Shown here: in pieces, positions 11,779-23,870 of the stretch
Layout of the letters: every line of letters starts with the position of its first letter
Position numbering within the stretch: the stretch's first letter is position 1
NCBI RefSeq assembly: GCF_902713615.1
Contig: NC_052152.1
Span: forward strand, 51,435,810 to 51,499,809
From: Scyliorhinus canicula
Lineage: Eukaryota
DNA: 64,000 nucleotides
Reading direction: 5' to 3'
Translations under genes and position numbers: made by a program
The notes under the pieces: generated by a model
Databases searched by the model: none
What the model was told of the DNA's origin: nothing
What the model saw: the letters and a program-made list of their open reading frames with translations, nothing else

Positions 11779-12112
11779 TAGAACATAGAACAGTACAGCA
11801 CAGAACAGGCCCTTCGGCCCTCGATGTTGTGCCGAGCAATGATCACCCTACTCAAACCCACGTATCCACCCTATACCATACAATCCCCCCTTAACCTTAC
11901 TTTTTAGGACACTACGGGCAATTTAGCATGGCCAATCCACCTAACCCGCACATCTTTGGACTGTGGGAGGAAACCGGAGCACCCGGAGGAAACCCACGCA
12001 CACACGGGGAGGACGTGCAGACTCCACACAGACAGTGACCCAGCCGGGAATCGAACCTGGGACCCTGGAGCTGTGAAGCATTTATGCTAACCACCATGCT
12101 ACCGTGCTGCCC
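11779..12112 (-). mobile_element. Full-length HE1-like V-SINE
   Basis: Near-identical to 6164-6499 and 27916-28272. Confidence 0.92.
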
Positions 12113-13271
12113 TTTCTGTACCTCACTTTGCATTGTCTTTGATATGCAGGTCTGTGTGAAGATACTGTGCTGCTCATTAACAATATTTCACCTTGACGAG
12201 TTAAGGAGACACAGTTTATTTAAGTTCATAAAGGTTCATGTTGCCATGTAGATAGCCCTGTTTGGATCTCTAACTCACACCAACATCCAATGCTGAAAGC
12301 CAAAGAAATTATTTGGGCAAAGTCAAGTCCAATGACATTTGTTTACTGGCTATTGTTAACAATGCCATATTGTCATAAATACGAGGTGGTGAATACTATT
12401 TAAAAAAATAAGATTGCATCGGCTAAAGCTAGGTGATGTGAAAGAGCTGAGCAATTTAAAGGTTAAAGTTCAAAAGCAACTTCAATTGGATAAGATCATG
12501 AAAATGTAAAGGATTATTTATGGGAAGAAGAATGAAATGGTGAATCGTGATGACATCTTACTACAGCCACAGTTGGTGTCCTCTGAATAGTTCCTGATAT
12601 ACAAAACAGCGGACAATTAAAGATGGGTCACAAATGCCCATATTCCATGAACATTTCTTAAAAATTATACTCAACGAAAGAAAAATACACAAGTGCAATC
12701 AATCAATAGAACAGGAAGAATAATTCAGTTTATTGAAGCAACATAGGATTTTTAAAATTAATTTTAATGGATTGCAAATGATGCAAAAAGTGTGTACAGA
12801 ATCCAGAAAATATCAGAATGCACACTTACCATGTGAGCTATCAATAGTTCACTGATTTCAGTTTAAAGGAACAATAATCGTGAATGTCCATTTTGAGACA
12901 CTGGAACCATTTTAATGTTACATTTGTTTATGCATTTGCAGTTATGAAACTGTGCTGTACAAGAATCACAAATTATTATTCATTTGGCACTGACAAGGTT
13001 AGCATTTATCGCCATTTTTAATATTGCCCTTGAGAAATTGCTTGGATCATATCGGGGTTACATTAGGAGTGCAATCTTCCCAAAAGTGAACAAAGTCCCC
13101 TAGCGAGCGTAATTAGCCGCGTGTTTCCTGGCAGTGCCGAGAAACACATGGTTATCACAACTCGCGTTGAATAAGGGGCCTGGACAGAGAACGTGCAGCC
13201 GCACATAGCCCCGTTTTTTACCATGGGGAGCTCCGTTCGCCGGAACTCCCCATTATAGCGAGCGATTGGGA

Positions 13272-13526
13272 CTCAATGAGTTTGACTCTGCTAATCTAAA
13301 TGTAGTAACTCAGTCTAACTGAACCAGCCTTGCTCTAAGCCACGTGCTGGGATGTGATGCTGAGGATACACCCTGTCTCACTCTGTAGATGTTGGTCTGT
13401 GGAAAGAGTTGGGGTGTGAGTGCCTCATCCCTTTGAAAGTGAGATACCACCCTTGAGTGTCCTGACTGCTCATTGGTCGTGTCCTATTCTATGTGTTCAT
13501 TAGCTGCATGTTTGCATATCATGACA
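13272..13526 (-). repeat. Gypsy 3' LTR, lacking its last ~110 bp
   Basis: Aligns with 18680-18937; starts TGTCATGATA right after the PPT. Confidence 0.9.
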
Positions 13527-13635
13527 TCTCCCCTTTTTTATGTTTTGTTGGCTTTTGTGAATGTATTTACATGTGAATGAGTCTGTCTAACGTGACTGAC
13601 GGAGGACAATAGAACAGAGCAAACAAAACAAACGT

Positions 13636-16600
13636 TCACAAGTCCAGTCTCTGAGGCTTGCGTCTGATCCTGGTCGACCGCCAGGGAGGTGGCGGAGCCT
13701 TGACAGGCAGGATGGAAGCCTGACTGGTGGCCTCGTGGTGCGAGGTATCAGGAGGTGGCAATTCAACATATGGAAATGGAGGAGAAAGTGGTTGCGGGCA
13801 GGCAACTTTGCGCAGTGCCCATCGATTCCTTTGCACGATGGAGCCATCAGCCGCACATACAACATAAGTGCGGGGCGCGGCCTGCAGAACGATGATAGCC
13901 AGGGGAGACCACCCACCATCCAGCATCTTGATCCTGACAGTGTCTGCCAGGGATAGCACGGCCAGATTGGTGGCATGGGCATCATAGCCCTGCTTTTGAC
14001 GGTTTCTGAGCTGCTGCATCTTCTGCAGCACTGGGAGGTGATCCAGGTTGGGCAGGTGTATGGCTGGAAGCGTCGTCTACAGGTCCCTGTTCATCAGGAG
14101 TTGAGCCAGCAACATGCCAGTGGACAATGGAGTCGCACTGTACGTGAGCAGTGCAAGGTATATGTCGGAAGCAGAGTCCGGGGCCTTGCAGATGAGCTAT
14201 TTCACAATATGCACCCCTTTCTCGATTTTTCCATTGGACTGCAGATAGTGCGGACTGAAGGTGACATGCTGGAAATTGTATGACCTGGTAAACGTGGACC
14301 ATTCTCGCCTGTTAAAGCACAGGCCATTGTCGCTCATGACGGTGATTGGGATGCCATGCCCTGAGAACATCTCCTTACAGGCTTTGATGACGGTCCGAGA
14401 GGTGAGGTTCGGGAGCTTCAGCACCTCAGGGTAATTCGAGAAATAGTCGACGATCAATACGTAGTCATGACCATTCGCATGAAAGAGGTCGATGCCAACC
14501 TTGGACCACGGAGAGGTCACTATGTCATGCTGTTGGAGCGTCTCCTTGCTCTGCGCTGGCTGGAACTGCTGACAGGTAGCACAGTTCAGGACCATGTTCG
14601 TGATGCCCTGGCTGATGCCGGGCCAGTAGACAGCTTGCCGGGCTCTGCGTCTGCACTTCTCGACGCCCAGGTGTCCCTCATGAATCTGGCGCAGCACCAA
14701 GCTCTGGAGACTGAGCGGAATGACAATCCTGTCCAGCTTGGGGAGGATACCATCAATCACCGTCAGGTCATTCTGCATATTGTAAAATTGTGGGCACTGC
14801 CCTTTCTGCCAGCCATTGGTGAGGTTGTGGATGACGCGCTGCAAGAGGGGGTCTTTGGCTGTCTCATCATGGATGAGAACTACCTTCTCATCTGTCGCTG
14901 GGAGAGTGCTAGCACACAGCTGCACCTGCGTTTCGATGTGCTGGATGATCTCCAGCGGCTCACTGGGCGAGGTGACGGAGGGCGACAATGCATCAGCGAT
15001 GATGAGCTCCTTGCCAGGTGTGTACACCAAGTTGAAGTCATACCTCCTAAGTTTAAGCAGGATTCTTTGCAACCGAGGTGTCATGTCGTTCAGGTCCTTG
15101 TGGATGATGTGGACCAGAGGCCTGTGATCCGTCTCGACAGTGAATGTCGGCAGGCCGTAGTCATAATCATGAAATTTGAGGATGCCAGTGAGAAGACACA
15201 AGCACTCCTTCTCAATCTGAGCATATCTGGTTTCAGTGGACGTCATCACCCTTGATGCGTAGGCTACTGGTGCCCAGGATGATGTGTCATCTCGTTGAAG
15301 CAACACTGCACCGATGCCATCCTGACTCGCATCTGTGGATATTTTTGTCTCCCGGTCCGGGTCGAAGAATGCCAGGACTGGTGCAGTGGTGAACTTGGCT
15401 TTCAGCTCCAGCCACTCTGTCTGGTGTGCCGCCTTCCACTCAAAGGCAGTTGACTTTTTTTACCAGGTTGCGTAGGGCCGTGGTGTTTGTGGCCATGTTT
15501 GGAATGAACTTGCCCAGAAAATTGACCATACCCAAGAAGCACAGCACCGCCTTTTTGTCCTCAGGGACCTTCATCGCCTCGATGGCCCTGATTTTGTCTG
15601 TGTCCGGGCACACACCATGCTGTGAGATCTGGTCGCCTAGGAACTTGAGCATCGACATGCCAAAACAACATTTGGACCTGTTTAACTTTAGGCCGTTGGC
15701 ATGTACACGGCGGGATACCTTCTGGAGTTGGGGCACATGTTTTTCAGGGGTCGTTGACCATATGATGATGTCATCCATGTACACACGAACCCCTTCAAAG
15801 CCTTCCGTCATCTGCTCCATGATGCAATGGAATATCTCCGATGCCGAGATAATGCTAAATGGCATGCAATTGTTCCAGTATCTGCCAAAAGGCGTGTTGA
15901 AGGTGCAGAGCCTTCTGCTGGACCCTTCCAGCTGGATTTGCCAAAATCCCTGCGATGCATCCAATTTGGTGAAGAAGCACGTGTGTGCTATCTCACTCAT
16001 GACTTCCTCCTGCTTCGGGGTGCGGCATGATATTCTTATTGAGATCCTTGGAATAAATGCAGAGGCGCAGGTCCCCCGAAGGCTTCTTTACGCACACCAT
16101 CGAGCTGACCCAGTCTGTCGGTTCGGTGACCTTGGATATGATGCCTTTTTGCTGAAGATCCTTGAACTGTGCGTTCAGGCGCTCTCTCAGTGGAGCAGGG
16201 ATTCGTCATGGTGCTTGAACCACGGGCGCGATTCTCCGCAAATGCGGAGAGTCGTAAAGGCTGCCGTGAAACCGGCCATTTTTTCACGGCAGCCTCCGCG
16301 CCCCCTCCCGGGACCCGATTCACCGCCCCGGTCGGGGCTAGCATCGCGGCCCCGGGAAGAACGGCAGCGCGGGCTTAGCGAACGTTCGCTAAACCCGGCC
16401 GCCAAGCCTCACAGCGGCTGACGCGCATGATGAGTCAGCCGAGCATGCACGGGTTGGACGGCTCCAACCCGCGCATGCGCGGATGACGTCATCGCGCATA
16501 TGCGTCAAACCTGCGCATGCCCGGTCCGTCATGCCCATCGGCCGCCCGGATTACAACGGAAAAGCCATCACGGCACTGATCCTGCGGGGCTGCGGAGGGA

Positions 16601-16847
16601 CAAAGAGTGCGCGGGAACCGGACCCGCTGCCCGTGATGGGTGCCCACCGATCGCGGGCCCATGCCAATCGGCGGCATGGTTGTGCAGAACGGCACTTTGC
16701 GGCCGTTTTCACGAACTGTGATAGCAGGTGTGCTTAAATTCGTTGAAAACGGCCGTAAAGGCCTGGGAAATCGGCCCATCGGATAGGGAAGAATCGCTGC
16801 TCGCCGTAAAAAATGGCGAGCAGCGATTCGTGTCATGGGGCGGCCGT

Positions 16848-16878
<31 letters not shown>

Positions 16879-17400
16879 GAGAATAGCAGGAGGTCGGGAA
16901 AAATGTCAGGAAGGCCCTCCCGCTATTCGCCGACCCATTGTGGGGGGCGGAGAATCGTGCCCCACTGGCTTGGCATCAGGTCATAGCAGAATCTTGTATC
17001 TATACGGCAGTGTGCCCATCCTGTTGAACACATCAGGATATTGGGCGAGGATGTCGTCAATGCTGGCCTGAAGATCCACATGGGAGGATGTGGTGGTGTA
17101 AACCCTTTGAATGAGGTTCAGCTTCTTGCAGCCGTGCGCACCTAGTAGGGAAACCCTGTCTGGCTGAACAATTTCAAAGTGTAACCGTGCTTGTGTGTGT
17201 CGGTTGGATACGTGCAGATGGCAGGATCCCAGTGCCGTGATGGCTTTTCCGTTGTAATCCAGGAGCTTGCAGGCAGCTGGAAGGACGATGGGGGGGATTC
17301 TTAATGTGTCTGAAGTCTGCCTGTGAGAGGAAGTTGGCAGAGGCACCTGTGTCCAGTTTGAACTGGATGGGGCAGTGGTTGACCTTCATCACTGCTCACC
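13636..17400 (-). pseudogene. Gypsy pol (protease, RT, RNase H, integrase), disrupted by stops, frameshifts and a MITE
   Basis: FKLDTGASAN; FTKLDASQGFWQI, TFNTPFGRY, VYMDDIIIW; YAQIEKECL, TDHRPL; HEGHLGVEKC..C; VGIDLF, SDNG, QSNGKIE. Confidence 0.95.
16224..16962. mobile_element. GC-rich MITE with 14-bp TIRs inserted in Gypsy pol
   Basis: GGGCGCGATTCTCC ... GGAGAATCGTGCCC; apparent AC duplication; removing it restores ...PDAKPVVQAP... in pol. Confidence 0.9.
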
Positions 17401-17942
17401 ATTCGACCTCGGAATCCACAGCTGGGATTGACTGGACTTGCAATGTGTCTGGTGTGGCATATTCACACGTTGTAATAATGCCCACACGGTAGGCGTTGTC
17501 CAGGCATTCATCATCTGGATCCGTTGCACTGCCAGGATCAGAATCCTGTAGCCTTTGTTGCACACTCCGGATGCACCGTCGTCAGAATTGGGAGCACCGG
17601 CTTCTGATTGGTGGTGCAGATCTACACAGGGCTGCATAGAGGCCTGGCGTCCCACAATTAAACAGCGTCTGCCTCTTGCAGGGCAAGTATTTCTTTAAAT
17701 GGGCGGTGCTACAGTTCAAACACGTCATGACGTTGGTGTCCTGACGCTCCGTGCATCGTTGCACATGCACAGTGTGGTTCTCAAACATCTGCACCTGTGC
17801 AGTGCGGGTTTCGGCTGCTTCGTTATCCTTTTCGCATCGCGCATGCATCGGGCCCGGGAAGAGTGCGTGAAATGGCCGCTTTCATCAATGTTGAGGCGCT
17901 GCATCCGGAATATAGCCTGAACACTCTCCGTCTCGTGGGAGG

Positions 17943-18506
17943 CTAGATTACCATTTTCTGCTGTTTGTACTGGGAATAGCGATTTTTAGTGTGCTCATGC
18001 ACTGTGCATGTTTCAATCTCGACTGGCAGGGACATGTGCTTGATCTTCAGTAACTGCTCTTTCAGAGGATCAGAGTGAACTCCAAAAACAATTTGGTCTC
18101 TGATCATGGAGTCACCGAAGCTGCAGGATTGCGCTAGAAGTCTAAGGTTAGTTAAATATGAGGTGAAGGATTTGTCTTTACCTTGCAATCGCTTCGTGAA
18201 TACGTAGCGCTCGAAGATTTTGTTGGTGTCCACCTCACAGTGGCTGTCAAACTTGTCCAGGATGGTCTGAAACTTTGTCTTGTCCTGGTCTTCGGCGAAC
18301 TGAAAGGAGTTGAATATTTCCACGGTGTGATCACCCGCTGTGGTGAGGAAAAGATCTATCTTCCGTGCATCAGGCGCACAATTAAGGTCTGATGTTTCGA
18401 CGTAAAGCTGAAATTTCTGCTTGAATGTCCGCCAGTTAACACTGAGATTGCCGGAAGTCCTGAGCTGGTGAGGAGCCGGAATCATTTCCATTGTGCCGGT
18501 ATACAT
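17943..18506 (-). pseudogene. Gypsy gag N-terminal region (187 aa, premature stop)
   Basis: GNLSVNWRTFKQKFQLY, KFDSHC, FERYVFTKRLQ, MIRDQIVFGV; lies between the PBS and the protease. Confidence 0.88.
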
Positions 18507-18568
18507 TCGCTGGTTGTCACGGATCTTGCTGAGTTGAACTAACTAGATTGAACAGACTCCTGGTATCA

Positions 18569-18937
18569 TGTTGTGTTATGTAATTTGGAATAACACAAGC
18601 TGCCACTTGATGCAGTTTTGAGTAAAAGATGCTCCAGACTTTGAAGTGAGTTCAATGTGTTTTATTGAACTATTAGCACAGTTCATAATGAGTTCAACTC
18701 TCTGATAATCTAAATGTAGTAACTCAGTCTAACGGAACCAGCCTTGTTCTGAGCCACGTGCTGGGGTGTGATGCTGAGGACACACCCTGTCTCACTCTGT
18801 AGACGTTGGTCTATGGAAAGAGGCGGGGTGTGAGTGCCTCATCCCTTTTATAGTGAGATACCACCCCTGAGTGTCCTGACTGCTCATTGGTCGTGTCCTA
18901 TTCTATGTGTTCATTGTCTGTATGTTTGCATATCATG
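18569..18937 (-). repeat. Gypsy 5' LTR
   Basis: Ends ...CACAACA before the PBS; TATAAAA and AATAAA (18661-18666) on the minus strand; first ~3 bp missing relative to the 3' LTR. Confidence 0.9.
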
Positions 18938-19151
18938 CCCAAGCCAGCTGGCAATGCCACTTGGGCACCTTGGCTGTGTCAGGCTCACACACAGGTGGCA
19001 CTGCCTGGGTACCCAGTGGCACCAGCAGTGCCAGGCATCAGCCTTCCCAAAGGCTGGGGACCTCCGATCCCCTTGGAGACCTCCATGAGTGCCGTTCCGT
19101 CTGGACCCCATTTGCGCGGACGAGTGGTGAACGTCGCTCGTCCGAGGTCTC

Positions 19152-19368
19152 TTTTTTAATTTAAAGTACCCAATTCTTTTTTTTTCCCAACAAAGGGGCA
19201 ATTTAGCATGACCAATCCACTACCCTGCACATTGCTGGGTTGTGGCAGCGAAACGCACACAAACACAGGGAGAATGTGCAAACTCCACGTGGACAGTGAC
19301 CCAGAATCAAACCTGGGACCTCAGCGCCGTGAGGCAGCAGTGCTAACCACTGCACCACCGTGCTGTCC
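19152..19368 (-). mobile_element. V-SINE variant
   Basis: Reverse complement shows the tRNA head, shortened V-domain and GCTAAATTGCCCC. Confidence 0.8.
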
Positions 19369-19652
19369 CTCACCAAGGTTTCTGAGGGGTTGAATCCCAA
19401 AGCCTCATGTACCTCAGGATTCTGCACATTAGAGAGAGGCTAGCTGTCTCGCTTTAATATGCCAAAAGGTGATCCTGCCCATTGTGGGCGGGATTCACAT
19501 CGCATCGTCTCACAATATCGTGTTGGATCTCGTGAAGTGTTGTGAGCCAGGTAGATCCCGGGAGCGGAGTCTCCTGGCTTTCAACGGCCACGCTGCGCCG
19601 CGGCAAGCTGCTTTCCCGGCGCAGCGTGGCCGTTGGATCGCGCCCTAGATAT

Positions 19653-19904
19653 TTATTGCTTAAGTGAGGCATATATGGTTGTATCATAGTTAGCAGTCTG
19701 CCTTCTGTTCGATGTGCAGACAGCAGAATATTGTACTGGTTCTTCATAGGACAGATTATTTTTATCTTTGACCTTTAAAACTGCATATTCAGTTTCTTGC
19801 TCCTGCTCTGGTCTTTCCGATTCCCGCTTTTGCTTCCACCTTCGAGGATTGCTGACATGAACAGGCGCGTAATGCAGAGTTTCACTGCTTAGTGAAACGT
19901 TACT
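19653..19904 (-). CDS. Ig-superfamily V-C1-TM-ITIM receptor, exon 6 (cytoplasmic tail)
   Basis: Acceptor ttacag, phase 0. SNVSLSSETLHYAPV...TEYAVL...VQYSAV...TIYASLKQ*; four ITIM/ITSM-like motifs. Confidence 0.88.
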   Translation of the reverse strand, partial: SNVSLSSETLHYAPVHVSNPRRWKQKRESERPEQEQETEYAVLKVKDKNNLSYEEPVQYSAVCTSNRRQTANYDTTIYASLKQ

Positions 19905-20639
19905 CTGTAACATTGCAATAAGGGACAACAGTGAGAACACACAAGATTCATTCATTAAAACCAGTTGTCTTTCAAATTTTGGCCTGACCTTAATTTAGCA
20001 TAAATATACTTCCTGTTGTACAATGCAAAACCACTATAATCCAAGACTAATAAGAAACATACAATGGTAATCAACTAAATTGCTGTTTTCTGACTTCAGT
20101 ATCTTGGTAAAATTCTGACGGAGCAGATCACAGGCCCTTTAATGATCCTGTCAGATTTTCATTTCACTGAAGTCAGTGAGTGCCATACACACTCAGCTCT
20201 CTCCACTGTTCCAGGGCCTTTCTTCTAGTTCCTCACTTTCCCTCCAGGGCTGCATTGTAGAATTAATGTCGGGCTGCTTACGGTCTCAGTAATGAACTTT
20301 GCACACCTTCGAAAGTGAGCCTCACCTTTAAGGACAATAAGATGTCTCTAAGGGGTGGCAGGCTGCGGGACATGGGACCCTCCCAGGCAGCGTGCTCCCT
20401 ATAAGCATCGTGATTTTTGTCGACAGTTCACCCATTGTGCTTCAGTGAGTGAGATCCAGGCATTAAAATCGATTAGACCTGCAGCTGGTATTATTGCATT
20501 TGCAGAGTACCAGCTGCCCAATATGCACCAGAGACAAAATCTACCTTGATCACAATCTCCTGCAACACATTCAGTGATGGGTTATTGGATGGAGCATCAC
20601 ACAATGTTTCTAATCTGAGTGAAAGTTTTCAGTTTTGGC

Positions 20640-20910
20640 TCTCTGGCAGCAAGTGGGGCAGTGTAGTTATGTGGGACATAGATAGAGTAGACGGGAAGAA
20701 ACTTTTGCCCTTGGTGGAGGGATTAATGACCGGGGACATAGATTTCAGGGAAGGTTTAATGGGTGTGTGAGGAAAAATGTTTTCACGCAGAGGGTGGTGG
20801 GAGTTTGGAACTCACTGCCTAAAAGGGTGGTGTAGGTAAAGACTCTCGTAACATTTAAGAAGTATTTAGATGTGCACTCGCGATGTCAAGGCATACAAGG
20901 CCATGGGCCA
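20640..20910 (+). mobile_element. CR1-like LINE 3' fragment
   Basis: DRVDGKKLLPLVEGLMTG.HRF-like segment and TTTTCACGCAGAGGGTGGTGGGAGTTTGGAAC typical of CR1 ORF2 ends. Confidence 0.75.
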
Positions 20911-20925
20911 AAACAATGTACTTAC

Positions 20926-20996
20926 TTCATTTACTGAGTCATTCACTGATTTTCCAGCTATTTGATCGTCAAGATTTCTGTTATGGATCGATGAAT
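20926..20996 (-). CDS. Ig-superfamily receptor, exon 5 (short cytoplasmic exon)
   Basis: cttacag|AT TCA...AAT GAA|gtaagt; 71 nt, phase 1 to 0, open (DSSIHNRNLDDQIAGKSVNDSVNE). Provides the phase change needed between exons 4 and 6. Confidence 0.8.
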
Positions 20997-21057
20997 CTGT
21001 AAGTATATCAGCATACAAAATGTCTTAGAGTAACATTTTAAATAGTGGTGTATGTGA

Positions 21058-21238
21058 AATGAAAGGAAAATCGCTTATTGTCACAAGTAGGCTTCAATTA
21101 AGTTACTCTGAAAAGCCCCTAGTCGCCACATTCCGGCGCCTGTCCGGGGAGGCTGGTACGGGAATTGAACCGTGCTGCTGGCCTGCTTGGTCTGCTTTAA
21201 AAGCCAGCAATTTAGCTGAGTGAGCTAAACCAGCCCCT
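21058..21238 (-). mobile_element. Short tRNA-derived SINE (GGGGCTGGTTTAGC family)
   Basis: Near-identical to 60267-60460 in reverse complement. Confidence 0.88.
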
Positions 21239-22496
21239 ATAATAAGATACAACAATAAAAACAGTTTATAACTGACATTTTGCTCCCCCTCTAAAACGGT
21301 ATCCACTGTTAGTGCGCACACCTCTGGTGCGAGTTGCACCAGAACCCTTGTTGGTGAGGATATTAGCCGTGCACAGAGGCATCCAGCAGAAAGATTCAGA
21401 ATAGGAAAATTGTGATGGCAATCAGACTGTAACCTTGATTTAACACCAGTTCTGCCAGGTTGGAGATCAATGCTCCAGCTAATCCCATTTCACACAACTG
21501 AATGTGTGAAGGTACCTCCCTGCCAACTCTTTTAAAATAAATTATCAACTATGTGCAGGCTACATTATTGACTGATTTCTATCTCTGGTTGTAGAAGTGT
21601 TTGGTGGGTTTCAGATTTGGTCAAGGTTGTTGAAGGGGGTGACACAAAGAAGAATATGGTTCCGACTTCCAAGGATTCTTCACAGACCACATGCTTCCAC
21701 ACATGTGTACATTACTTTACAAGCCACCTAGCCTACAGCATGATAGGAAGAATGAGCAGAGGTGACACAGAACAGGACAAACTGCCAGGAGAGGAAGGAC
21801 AGGTCTCTCAGCAGGAATATATCGACTCAGAGTTTTCATGGAGCACTTCTTCGACCTAAACTTCACCAAGAAGCAATGATGTGTTTGACATCTCCAGTTT
21901 GATATCTTCAGTGAGGAGGCCCTTAGTGAAATCCCTCCCCTGCTGTAGCCAAAGCAATTCTAGCAAGGTGATGGAGGACAGATTGCAGAACTACCATCCC
22001 AATAGGCAGACCTGCAAACTCCATTGAACTGGCATCTGTAGCTTTGATGACAGCAGTCTGAGCCTCTGTGACAACAAACTGAACTTGCATGACTTAAGTC
22101 TGACCTTTTGTTGCAATAGGATGAAGTTGAATGGTTTCTATTTGTGCTGCAATGGAGGCTGAGTTATCAGGCGTCAGATACTGCATCATGGATGAGTCTA
22201 CAAGTGTTCCATTAAGTTGGTCACTGCTTCCACACTGGGCAGAAAGGACTCCAAGCTCTGCACAAAATGCTGTACCAGGCTGGTGCCAGACACCTCCATG
22301 TCACTTGACATTGACATTGACAAGCCTACCAGTGCACCAAGCATTTCAGTCTGCATTTAAATAAGCTGACTCTTTTCAAAACTGCAATGCCTTGCTGAAT
22401 CAGTACTCCCACCCTGTCTCCCTTTCCTATCTTTTCTGAACACTTTATATCCATTACGCATCCAGTCCTCACCATTTTAAGCCATGATTCTGATAT

Positions 22497-22640
22497 AACA
22501 AACAAAGAACAAAGAAAAGTACAGCACAGGAACAGGCCCTTCGGCCCTCCTTGCCTGTGCCGACCATGCTGCCTGTCTAAACTAAAATCTTCTGCACTTC
22601 CAGGGTCCGTATCCCTCTATTCTCATCCTATTGGCACCAG
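22497..22640 (-). mobile_element. CR1-like LINE 3' end
   Basis: AAAGAACAAAGAAAAGTACAGCACAGGAACAGGCCCTTCGGCCC terminal pattern. Confidence 0.75.
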
Positions 22641-23046
22641 AGAGGCGATACACTATGTGAGACTAAGGATGACAGTTATGGACATGCCTGCCTGTCCCAC
22701 TCACTATGAAATCTGCCTCTCCAACAACCTCAAATTCCTGGAACTCCCTCCCTAACTCACTGTGAGTGTACCCACACCACATGGCCTGCAACCATTCAAG
22801 AAGGAAGCTCACTATCACCTTCTCAGGGGCAGCTAGGGATGGGCAATAAATACTGGCCTAGCCAGTGATGATATATCCCATGAATTAATTTTTTTAAATC
22901 TCTTTGCTATTCTCCCCATTGGAGTCTGTGGAAATATGACTTGTTTCATTATTATTGTTGTTAGAAATATTGATTTTAGAATTTAAACACAATTTTCAAG
23001 ACACTAAGTTTAAAGTAACAAAATAAAATGTATTTTATCCAATTAC

Positions 23047-23151
23047 CTTTTCTATTCTTCCGTTTACAGCACTGACTCTTCATGATCAAAAGGCAAACTG
23101 GTACAATTAGGATAAGGCCTAGCAGGCTGAAGTAATAGAACTTGGAAACAC
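23047..23151 (-). CDS. Ig-superfamily receptor, exon 4 (transmembrane)
   Basis: ttttgaag|...AAAAG|gtaatt; 105 nt, phase 1-1; GVSKFYYFSLLGLILIVPVCLLIMKSQCCKRKNRK is an uncharged helix followed by a basic stop-transfer segment. Confidence 0.9.
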
Positions 23152-23550
23152 CTTCAAAATTACAATTGAAATGTGAATCAAAATCATTAATATTAAACAT
23201 AGTCAATGCTTATTGTATTAAATGCAATAATTTTCAATACAGTTCTTCATATTTATTCTTTAAAGCATATATTGAATCAGGAATATATTTAACATCTGTC
23301 ACTTCCGTGTTTTTGAGTTGATGTGTACCTGTGAAATGTAAAAATAGGATTCAGCCAGCAGGAATTCCATTCAGGATCCAGAATACTTCAATTTTACAGA
23401 CAGTAATATTACATGCATTATCCTATATCTACAAATAATCCTTAAAGGAATGGAGCAGTCTTTCATTAGTGGAAAGAGAAAGTCCATTCCACCATTGAGT
23501 CTTTATGATAAAAGTTATAATACTCTTGAGTGGGCAGCACAGTGGAATAT

Positions 23551-23870
23551 GGGCAGCATGGTGGCACAGTGGTTAGCACTGCTAATGTACAGCACCATAG
23601 ACCCTGATTCAATTCCGGCCTTGGGTCACTGACTGTGTGGAGTTTGTACATTCTCCCCGTGTCAGCGTGGGTTTCCTCCGGATGCTCCGGTTTCCTCCCA
23701 CAGTCCAAAGATGTCAATGCTAAATTGCCCCTTACTGTCCAGTGCAAGTTAGGTTATGGGGATTAGGCAGGGTGAACGAGGGAGTGGATATGGATAGAGT
23801 GCTCCTTTGAAGGGTCAGTGCAGACTCGGTGGGTTGAATGACCTCTTTCTGCAATGTAGGCATTCTATGA
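23551..23870 (+). mobile_element. V-SINE (HE1-related)
   Basis: tRNA head, full V-domain and CR1-type tail. Confidence 0.85.

Larger units (their letters stand above)
13272..18937 (-). mobile_element. Ty3/Gypsy LTR retrotransposon (K02A2.6-like pol), inactivated
   Basis: Two homologous LTRs; PBS-like TGATACCAGGAG after the 5' LTR; PPT AAAAAAGGGGAGA (13527-13539); gag-PR-RT-RH-IN order with stops and frameshifts. Confidence 0.95.
13066..19645. mobile_element. GGGC-TIR non-autonomous DNA element split by a Gypsy provirus and a SINE
   Basis: Ends (TA)GGAGTGCAATC and GATCGCGCCC(TA). GC-rich MITE-type internal pieces at 13066-13271, 18938-19150 and 19370-19645 flank the nested insertions. The left TIR is decayed, so pairing of the two ends is inferred. 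Confidence 0.6.

Noticed and set aside
20060-20115. Additional cytoplasmic exon of the receptor
   Set aside because: It contains a stop in the required phase; exon 20926-20996 already bridges the phases.
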